From a bacterium (lineage in GTDB: Bacteria; UBA8248; JACPRG01; G963555815): 64,000 nt of DNA. The first letter of the stretch is position 1, and each line of letters opens with the position of its first letter. The stretch lies in assembly GCA_965261595.1 (NCBI GenBank), contig CBDHDG010000005.1:992001-1056000 (forward strand). Reading direction: 5' to 3'. A program made the translations under genes and the position numbers. The notes under the pieces were generated by a model. It made no database searches. It saw nothing but the letters and a program-made list of their open reading frames with translations, and was not told where the DNA came from. Below, in pieces: positions 56,662 through 64,000 of this stretch.

Positions 56662-57380
56662 CTATCTTGCGCGCAAGATAGGCACCACTATTTCGCGAAC
56701 CGGCCTATGTGGCGTAATCAGGAATGCGTAACGATATCTGATTGAACGGCTTGCAGAATCGCGCGACCGGCGTCTGAGCTACGCGACATAGTAGAGGCTC
56801 CAACAGCAACTCACTGAGGAGAAGGAGCCTGCTATGAGGTATCCGATCAACGACCGATTTGTCTTGCAACGACGCCCAGTCGGGCCGCTGGTCCCGTGGC
56901 TGAGGGGACTTGCAGAAGCATTGAACGCCCGGAAGTATTCTCACGAGACGATCCAAAATCAGCTGCGGCAGATAGTTCTCTTCAGCGAATGGCTTGAGCA
57001 GCAGCAAATCGAGCTGCCCAGCCTGTCGTTTGAAGAGGTAACTCTATACTTGCGGACAAGAAGCCTGCGCTCTCAATAACTGAGCGCCCGGCCTTCTCTC
57101 AGGCATCTGATGGATTACTTGCGATGCGTGGGCGTGATCTCCCCGGAGGAACCCGTCCGTCCCCCGACACCGGCTGAACGCTGTGTACAAAAGTACGCGC
57201 AGTATCTGCGCGAGCAGCGTGATCTGGCCGACGGCACCATTGTGAATTACGCCATCCGAGCCCGCAATTTCCTCCAGCACCAGTTTGGTAACGGAGAGGT
57301 GGTGCTGGCGCAGCTGAACGCTGGCGATGTGATTGCGTTTGTGCGCCATGAGACGGCCCGATTGACCAGCCGGGGGAGCA
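56656..57380 (+). mobile_element. Truncated second RIT element: palindrome, left end and ritA 5' pseudogene (56834-~57380, TAA at 57077)
   Basis: Perfect palindrome TGGTGC-CTATCTTGCG-CGCAAGATAG-GCACCA; RitA-like GPLVPW...YAQYLREQRDLADGTIVNY. Confidence 0.8.
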
Positions 57381-57525
57381 TGATGGCTCCGTCCGGCGCT
57401 GTATCGCCGCTACGCCGCGCTCGAGCGGCGCATCGGCCACACGCTGTCGCCGTCGCGAATCCCCCTGCCCGAACTGACGGGCGTGCCGGCCGAGGCCGGG
57501 CAAACCCCCTCCGAAGGAGTCCCGC

Positions 57526-57918
57526 ATGCCCCTGGATACCGCCGTGACCGAGCGCGCCGCCCGGATCCTGATCGAACGTGATCCGGGTCCCGGCGACCGG
57601 CTCGACGCCTTTCTCCTGCTCGCCGGCCAGGAGTATCTGTGGCGCCGCCGAGACCGCTCCGGCGCCGACTTCGGCGCGGCGGTCCGCATGTACGAGGCCG
57701 CGATCGGCCGGCCCCTCCCGAGGCCGGCGTCGCTCCCCTTCTTCGGCGCGGTCAAGCGCCGGCGCATCGAGCGTCGCCGGGAAGTCGCCGTCTGGCTCGC
57801 GGGCCGCTTCCTCGGCTGGCTGTACAGCCCCGATGGCCGGGGCCGCGCTTCCGAGACGGACTGGCGTCTCGACGGCAGCCTGTCGATCTGCCGGGGCTGC
57901 CGTACGAAACGGCCCTGA
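57526..57918 (+). CDS. Hypothetical protein
   Basis: AAGGAG RBS, GC3-biased codons, same strand as its neighbours. Confidence 0.6.
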   Translation: MPLDTAVTERAARILIERDPGPGDRLDAFLLLAGQEYLWRRRDRSGADFGAAVRMYEAAIGRPLPRPASLPFFGAVKRRRIERRREVAVWLAGRFLGWLYSPDGRGRASETDWRLDGSLSICRGCRTKRP

Positions 57919-58214
57919 AGGAGCCTCCCCGTTCGCTTCCACATGCCGAGCGCCGCGTGATCGAGCTCGCTCTCGCGAACGTCGTCGACCCCGGCGTCGA
58001 GGGTGTCGCCCGTGAGCCGCACCGTTGACGGCACGCCGGCGCCGCCACCGCTTCCCCGCCGAGCCGACCTGCCGCCCCGGCATCCTCCCGCAATCCGCCT
58101 CCCGGTCCCGCGTGCGCGCCCCCGTGAGGCCGAGCCGGGCCGGGGCCGGTCGCAGGCCGGACGGCCGGAGCGGTCGTTCCCCGCGCCATCCACTTTCATC
58201 CATGGGAGATACGC

Positions 58215-60542
58215 ATGAACCGCATCGCTTCCCCGCCCGAACCCGTCATCCGAACCATCCCGCTGAGCCGGCTGGACCTGGCCCCGGAGAACGTGCGCAA
58301 GACCCCGGCCGGCTCGGCTGGGATCGCCGAGCTCAAGGCCTCCATCGCAGCCCACGGTCTGCTCGAGAACCTGGTCGCCCGGGCCCAAGGCCCCGGTCCG
58401 GACGGCATCGGCCGCTACGCGGTCATCGCCGGCGGGCGCCGTCTCGTCGCCCTGCAGGCTCTCGTCAGCGATGGTGTGCTCGATGAGGACCACCCCGTGC
58501 CCTGTTTGATTGCCGTCAATGGCGATTGCGGAGAGCTGTCTCTCGCAGAGAACGTGGTCCGCATCGCCATGCACCCGGCCGACCAGGTGATCGCGTTCTA
58601 CAGGCTCGCCGAATCCGGCGTGACGATATCCGCGATCGCCGCGCGCTTCGGCATCTCCGAGCGCCTGGTCGAACAGCGCCTGCGGCTCGGCCGTGCGGCC
58701 CCGGAACTGCTCGACGCCTACCGGGCCGAGGAGATCGACCTGGAGACCCTGAAGGTCTTCGCGGTCACGACCGACCACGGCCGCCAGAGGGCGGTCTGGG
58801 CCCAGGTGAAGGACCAGGGCTGCCGGCCAGGGGCCTGGCAGGTGAGGCGCATGCTGACCGAGGACCGCGTGCCGGGAACCGCCGCCATCGCGCGCTTCGT
58901 CGGTATCGATGCCTACGAGGCCGCGGGCGGGACCATCACCCGGGACCTCTTCGCACAGGAGGACGACCGCGGGATCTGGTTCGACGATCCCGTGCTCCTG
59001 AACAAGCTCGCCATGCAGAAGCTCCAGGACACGGCGGACGAGCTGGACACCTGCTGGAAGTGGGCCGAGGCGGCGCCGGAGGCCGACTGGAGCGCGACCG
59101 CGCGGTTCGGGCGCATCCGGCCCGAGCCCGCGGAGCCGACCGACGAGGAGCGGGCCGAGCTCCAGCGGCTGAGCGCCCGCCATGACGAGTTCGCCGACAT
59201 GGACGACGAGGACTGGACTGGGGAGCTCGTGGAAGAGGCCGAAGGCATCGAGAGGCGTCTCGACGAGATCCACGCGGCCGTGGAAGCGCGAGCCACCTTC
59301 CGGCCCCAGGACATGGCCATGGCCGGGTGCATCGCGACCATCGGCCAGGACGGCGCGCTCCAGGTCATCCAGGGCCTGGTCAGGCCCGAGGACATGCCGG
59401 AGACCACCGGCGAGGGCGGAGACGTCCAGGAGGCCGGCAACGACGGCGTCGGAACCGAATCCGGCCGCATGGATGGCCCCGCGATCTCGGCCCCTATCGC
59501 TTTGCCTCCCGACCCGCGCGCCAAGGCCCGGGAGGAGGCCGGAGTGGGCATCGGCCTCGCCGACGACCTGCGGGCTGTCCGCACGGCCCTGGTCAAGGCA
59601 CATCTGGCCAAGGACTACGAGGCGGCGTTCGATCTCATGCTGTTCCAGCTCGCCCGGGCCGTGTTCACGAACGTCCACAGGGCCGACGCCCTCGACGTCG
59701 CCGTCAAGGAGACCGCCGACCGGCCCGCGTCGCGCATGAACGACGAGGCGTTCGCCGGATGGAGCCCGGGCGAGGCCATGCTCGCGGACCGCTCAGGCCT
59801 CTCCCTCGACTGGATGGAGAAGGACGGCGAAGGCGAAGCCTTCGCGGCCTTGCGGGCCCTTCCCCAGGCGGAGAAGCAAGCCCTGTTCTCAGCAGCCGTG
59901 GCACGCACGGTCAAGGGCCAGCTCGCCTTCGAGCCGGACGCCCGGCCCGAGCTGGAAGCCACCATCGCCCGGCTCGACATCGACTTCACCGCCCATGTAC
60001 GACCAAGCGCGGACATGCTCTGGTCGCGCATTCGCAAGGACCGGATCCTCGCCGTGGCGCGCGAGACCCTGGGCCCTGCCTGGGCCTCGGCGCGGTCGAA
60101 GTACAAGAAGGCCGACCTCGCCAAGGCGATGGAAGGGGCTTTCGCGACCGGAGACCCGCCCGTCGGACTGGCCGCCTCGGCCCGAGCCGCCGCTCTCGCC
60201 TGGACGCCGCCCGGCTTCGCGCCTTTCGACGCCGGACGCATGGACGACACGGACACGGACGTCCCGCCGGTGGCCGAAGGCGACGGTGAACCGGAACCCG
60301 ATCCCGCTCCGGTCCCGGACACCATGGAAGCCGTTGATGACGGCGTCCCCGATACCACCGGCGGCGATGCGTCGGAGACCTCGGGTCCCGGAATGCCTGC
60401 GAACAAGGAGCCCGGCCCGGATACCGCCGATGACGGGCCCACCATCGACGTCTCGCGCGAGAACGTCCTCACCCCGCCACGGACCAACGGCCGCGACAGC
60501 GGCGACGGACTCGACATTCCCGAGTTCCTGCGCCGGGCCTGA
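58215..60542 (+). CDS. Long ParB/RepB/Spo0J-domain protein of ICE/plasmid type
   Basis: ENVRKT, LKASIAAHGLLENL, AGGRR, SLAENVVR..MHPAD, HTH; acidic tail ending LDIPEFLRRA. Confidence 0.9.
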   Translation: MNRIASPPEPVIRTIPLSRLDLAPENVRKTPAGSAGIAELKASIAAHGLLENLVARAQGPGPDGIGRYAVIAGGRRLVALQALVSDGVLDEDHPVPCLIAVNGDCGELSLAENVVRIAMHPADQVIAFYRLAESGVTISAIAARFGISERLVEQRLRLGRAAPELLDAYRAEEIDLETLKVFAVTTDHGRQRAVWAQVKDQGCRPGAWQVRRMLTEDRVPGTAAIARFVGIDAYEAAGGTITRDLFAQEDDRGIWFDDPVLLNKLAMQKLQDTADELDTCWKWAEAAPEADWSATARFGRIRPEPAEPTDEERAELQRLSARHDEFADMDDEDWTGELVEEAEGIERRLDEIHAAVEARATFRPQDMAMAGCIATIGQDGALQVIQGLVRPEDMPETTGEGGDVQEAGNDGVGTESGRMDGPAISAPIALPPDPRAKAREEAGVGIGLADDLRAVRTALVKAHLAKDYEAAFDLMLFQLARAVFTNVHRADALDVAVKETADRPASRMNDEAFAGWSPGEAMLADRSGLSLDWMEKDGEGEAFAALRALPQAEKQALFSAAVARTVKGQLAFEPDARPELEATIARLDIDFTAHVRPSADMLWSRIRKDRILAVARETLGPAWASARSKYKKADLAKAMEGAFATGDPPVGLAASARAAALAWTPPGFAPFDAGRMDDTDTDVPPVAEGDGEPEPDPAPVPDTMEAVDDGVPDTTGGDASETSGPGMPANKEPGPDTADDGPTIDVSRENVLTPPRTNGRDSGDGLDIPEFLRRA

Positions 60543-60568
60543 ACCGTCCCCGCATTCCCATCCCTCAT

Positions 60569-60603
60569 GCGCCCCGCCGGTCCCGCGCCGGCGGGGCGCT
60601 TTT
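60569..60603 (+). terminator. Rho-independent terminator
   Basis: 12-bp perfect stem GCGCCCCGCCGG/CCGGCGGGGCGC followed by TTTT. Confidence 0.75.
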
Positions 60604-60634
60604 CGTTTCGGCCGCTTCCACGGAGACTATCGCC

Positions 60635-62383
60635 ATGAACGACATTCCCGACGCGGCGCCCCGGCCCTGGCTTGGCCGCATCCGGGCGAGGATCCATGAC
60701 AGCGCCCTCCAGCGCGTCACCCGGCTCTGGGCCGCCACAACCATCGACACCCTCGTCGAGAGTTTCCAGAATGGCAGAAGGGCCGGCGCGACGCGCGTGT
60801 CGGTGATCGTTACCGATCCCGCCGGTGAGCCATCCGACAACAGCGCCCTGACCGTCACCGTCACCGATGACGGCATCGGCATCGCCGATCCTGCCGTGCT
60901 CCTGAGTCTTGGCGAGACCGGATGGGACGGGGAGCTTGCCGGCCGAGAGGACGCGGCCGGGATGGGATTCGCCAGCCATGCCCGCCAAGGCTGCCGCATC
61001 GCCTCGCGCTCCCGCTCCGACAGTGGAAAACCCGGCCCCGGCTGGCGCGTCGATCTCACGCCCGCGCATTTCCTGGGGGAGGAGGAGGCGACCGTCGTCC
61101 CGGAGGACGGCGGATCTTGGCCCCATGGCACGGCCGTCAGCTTCACGGCCTCGGGCGACCGCGATTCGATCCGCCGGGCGGTCGAAGCCGCGGCCCGCCA
61201 TTATCCGCTCCCGGTCACACTTGACGGGGAGACCGTGCCCCGCCGGGCCTTTCTCGACGGGGCCGTTGACGCCGAGCCTTGGCGGGGACTCGTCTTCGGC
61301 GTGTTCGTGGGCCGCAGCCGCGGCTGCAGCGAGCCCGACCTCAACTTCCACGGTCTGACCCTGCCCGTGCGCCTGCCCACGGTCGATCCCGTGACCGGCC
61401 AGACCTGGTCGATCCGCGCCGAGGTTGCGAGCTGTCCCGAACTGGAGCTCGTTCTGCCGGCGAGGAAGGAGGCGGTCGAGACCCCTTTCCTGAACGAGAC
61501 GCGAGAGGCCGCGCGGCTCGCCGTCTACCGAGCCATGGCGTCGACCGAGGCGCCGCCGCGCATCGCCTTCGAGGACTGGACCCGGGCGCGCGAAGCCGGG
61601 ATCGAGCTTCCGATACCGTCCCTCCAACTGCGTCCCTGGCGGCCCTGCATCGCCGATATCGACGATTGGCGCGAGGCGCCCGCTCTCGCATCCGTATCCA
61701 ACGACGCGCTCGTGATGCACGTGGATCCCGAACCGCCCGAATCCCAGGCCCTCTGGCGCGCCGCCGAACATGGCGGGATGACCCCACGGCTCTTCGAGGC
61801 CGACCGCCGGCTTGACGGCTACGGCTGGTACGACGCGCTTCCCCGCGTCACCGATGTCCGCACCGAGATCGTGACCGGCGGCGAGGCCCGTCCGCTGGAG
61901 GACTACCGGACTCCGTCAGAAGGGTCCAGCCCCATCGAGCCGCCTCCACGGCCGGATTGGATCCGCATTTGCCTCGATGTCGAGGGCGTGAACGGCAAGA
62001 CCAAGACCCTCGATCTCGACGCCGATCTCGCATTTTCCGGAGAAGCCTGGGTCTGGCTTCCCGATGCGAAGCCGCTGGTCACGGCCGGGAGCGCCCTCGA
62101 GCCCGCCGAACTCGCCGAGCTGCTGCGCGCCGCCTACTTTTCTCCGTCGGATGAAGCGGATTCCGACAGTTGGGAGACCCAGCGCCTGCGTTTCGACGAA
62201 GAGGCCATGCACATAGCCGTGAAGCTCCTTTGCTCGGCGGACGAGGCCCGCCGGACATCCATCACCGAAGCGGTCAGGCGCGAGTTGTTCTGGCTCATCC
62301 CCCGGGACCGCGAGGTCACCATTGCCGTGCGCGGCCGGGAGGTCAGCGTCGAGCTCGGCGCCGTCAGGGAGACTGCGGGATGA
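60635..62383 (+). CDS. GHKL (HATPase_c)-like ATP-binding protein
   Basis: ESFQNGRRAGA, VTDDGIGI, AGMGF, HGT motifs. Confidence 0.8.
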   Translation: MNDIPDAAPRPWLGRIRARIHDSALQRVTRLWAATTIDTLVESFQNGRRAGATRVSVIVTDPAGEPSDNSALTVTVTDDGIGIADPAVLLSLGETGWDGELAGREDAAGMGFASHARQGCRIASRSRSDSGKPGPGWRVDLTPAHFLGEEEATVVPEDGGSWPHGTAVSFTASGDRDSIRRAVEAAARHYPLPVTLDGETVPRRAFLDGAVDAEPWRGLVFGVFVGRSRGCSEPDLNFHGLTLPVRLPTVDPVTGQTWSIRAEVASCPELELVLPARKEAVETPFLNETREAARLAVYRAMASTEAPPRIAFEDWTRAREAGIELPIPSLQLRPWRPCIADIDDWREAPALASVSNDALVMHVDPEPPESQALWRAAEHGGMTPRLFEADRRLDGYGWYDALPRVTDVRTEIVTGGEARPLEDYRTPSEGSSPIEPPPRPDWIRICLDVEGVNGKTKTLDLDADLAFSGEAWVWLPDAKPLVTAGSALEPAELAELLRAAYFSPSDEADSDSWETQRLRFDEEAMHIAVKLLCSADEARRTSITEAVRRELFWLIPRDREVTIAVRGREVSVELGAVRETAG

Positions 62384-62871
62384 AGAAGCCATACGCCGTC
62401 CAGTGCGCCCATGCGGCGTATTACGGCAACATCGTCACCGTCGAGGCCGACACCCTTGACGAGGCCCTGGACAAGGCGATCCAGGAAGCCGACGGCGATG
62501 CGGACGGCTGGCGTTCCATGGACGACGCCGGCCCGACCTTCGTCGTCGAAGCCCGCGAGGGAACCCACCTCGATCCCTTGGATCGCAAGACCCCGGCGCT
62601 TCCCATTCCCGACCGGTTCACCGAGCAGGGCGAGCCGCCGGTGGTCACCCTGATAGATCCCGGTCAGCCAGGCGGCGGCGCTATCGAGGTTTCCCGGGGC
62701 CGGGTTCTGCTTTGCTTCACGACCCGGAACGGAACGGTCACGGGCGAGGTTTCCGATCCGCCCCATCCCCCGGCCAACCACCCCCTCGTCGTCATCCGGC
62801 GCCGCGCCGACGGCGCGCCCGACGTCACCGTGACCGAGGGCCGGGCCCGGGTCCGCATCCTCTACCCCTGA
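62380..62871 (+). CDS. Hypothetical protein
   Basis: ATGA-coupled to the upstream gene; TVEADTLDEALDKAI. Confidence 0.7.
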   Translation: MKKPYAVQCAHAAYYGNIVTVEADTLDEALDKAIQEADGDADGWRSMDDAGPTFVVEAREGTHLDPLDRKTPALPIPDRFTEQGEPPVVTLIDPGQPGGGAIEVSRGRVLLCFTTRNGTVTGEVSDPPHPPANHPLVVIRRRADGAPDVTVTEGRARVRILYP

Positions 62872-62964
62872 CCCCGGCTTCCCGCCGCCGGCCGGACGGG
62901 CGGAGGCGCTGGAGCGTCTCTGGCCTCTCCACATCCGCCCTTCACGTACTGGAGAACCCGACCC

Positions 62965-63369
62965 ATGAAACTCATGACCGAAAAGCAGCGCAAAAAACTG
63001 CTCGCCAACGGCGCCGACCGCGGGGCCGACCACGTGCCCGTGGTCAAGCTCTTCAACCCCTGCGGAGCGGGAACGTGGATCGTCACGGAGCTGGATCCCG
63101 AGGATCCCTCCGTGGCTTTCGGACTCGCGGATCTCGGCTTCGGCTTTCCCGAGCTGGGCAGTTTCAGTCTCGAAGAACTGGAAGCCTTCCGGGGCCCGTT
63201 CGGCCTCGGGATCGAGCGTGACCTTCATTTCGAGGGCAAGTACGCGATTTCCACCTATGCCGAAGCCGCCCGGGCCGCCGGCCATATCGTCGAGTACGGG
63301 CCTGAACTCGACGCCGCCGCGCACCGCCGCACCCACGCGGCAGAGGACGGGAACACGGTTCCCGCATAA
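62965..63369 (+). CDS. DUF2958 domain protein
   Basis: PVVKLFNPCGAGTW..TE, FGLADLGFGFPELG, IERDLHF. Confidence 0.88.
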   Translation: MKLMTEKQRKKLLANGADRGADHVPVVKLFNPCGAGTWIVTELDPEDPSVAFGLADLGFGFPELGSFSLEELEAFRGPFGLGIERDLHFEGKYAISTYAEAARAAGHIVEYGPELDAAAHRRTHAAEDGNTVPA

Positions 63370-63498
63370 CCCTACCCATCCGCGCGGGCGCAGCGCAACG
63401 AGGCCGAGCTTGGCCCGGCCGGGTCGATCCGTGAGACGCGGGGGAGCGTTTCCCCCCGCCGGCCCCCGACTTCCACGACTTCCGAGGAGAAGACCCCC

Positions 63499-64000
63499 AT
63501 GCCCCACGCCCTGACGGCGGCGGAGGGCGAGCGTGCGAGTGCTCATCCATACGTCCCCCGGTCCATCCCGTCCATACCCACGGCCGCGCTCTTCACCGCC
63601 GCCCAGGCCCTGTGGCCTGTACTGACAGCCGGCCGGCCTCTCGACGCGGCCACCCTCCGCCAAGCCATGACCCAGGCCTTCGGAGCCACCGACGCCGAGG
63701 GGGCCTGGGTCTGGAAGGACGCCTACGAGGCCGCCGAAGCGGCCGTCGTGCTCTTCCTGAAGCGCTACGGCCGGGCCATGCGCCGCCGGGCCGGAGCCGG
63801 CGGCCCGCCCGCCATGCTGGCCCTGCTGCAAAAGATCGCGGCCCTGGAGCCCTCCCACACGAAGCGATCCGAGTCCCAGGTCCGCCTCCAGCAGTTCTCC
63901 ACGCCCCTGGGCCTCGCCTATGCGGCCTTGCAGGCGGCCGCCATCCGGCCGGGCGACATCGTGCTCGAACCCAGCGCCGGGACCGGGATCCTCGCCGTCA
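63499..64000 (+). CDS. Strawberry-notch family methylase/helicase, 3'-partial
   Basis: GAWVWKDAYEA, QQFSTP, VLEPSAGTG; GAGGAG RBS; runs off the window. Confidence 0.85.
   Translation, partial: MPHALTAAEGERASAHPYVPRSIPSIPTAALFTAAQALWPVLTAGRPLDAATLRQAMTQAFGATDAEGAWVWKDAYEAAEAAVVLFLKRYGRAMRRRAGAGGPPAMLALLQKIAALEPSHTKRSESQVRLQQFSTPLGLAYAALQAAAIRPGDIVLEPSAGTGILAV

Noticed and set aside
57099..63858. Long minus-strand ORFs (859, 718, 574 aa)
   Set aside because: Antisense shadows of well-supported plus-strand genes, with no recognisable motifs.

Overview
This is GC-rich bacterial DNA; the host cannot be determined from this window. Two blocks of catabolic/housekeeping genes alternate with heavily eroded accessory DNA. 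Block 1 (1-8 kb) has a flavin oxidoreductase, M29 aminopeptidase, Zn-alcohol dehydrogenase, NitT/TauT binding protein and alpha/beta hydrolase. Block 2 (25.5-33.6 kb) has a permease, enoyl-CoA hydratase, cupin, hydrolase, SRPBCC, PIG-L, DinB and LLM oxidoreductase. The 8-25 kb region is a decayed defence/integrative island: orphan hsdM, hicAB, an Mrr-like nuclease, two oriT-mobC remnants, a frameshifted P4-type integrase and an M48 peptidase. The 34-46 kb region is an IS graveyard in which a DUF433/PIN toxin-antitoxin pair and a nuclease-like defence gene ending in an SSB-like DEDIPF tail can be rebuilt by removing the insertions. The 46.6-64 kb region is an ICE/plasmid-type block: thermonuclease, SRAP, MoxR-like AAA/DUF3150-like/VWA module, ParB-like, GHKL protein, DUF2958 and a strawberry-notch methylase/helicase. 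Mobile elements: six near-identical IS2-like (IS3 family) copies, all with 4-bp target duplications; three IS1380 copies; IS256; two further IS3 elements; IS66, IS481 and IS3 remnants; and two RIT (recombinase-in-trio) insertions. The most striking signal is that both RIT insertions, though dissimilar in sequence, leave the same junction: a 6-bp target core, a 20-bp palindrome, then an inverted copy of the core. No rRNA, tRNA or CRISPR array was found. Several 1-bp homopolymer frameshifts may be sequencing errors. All family calls come from motif recognition, not database searches.
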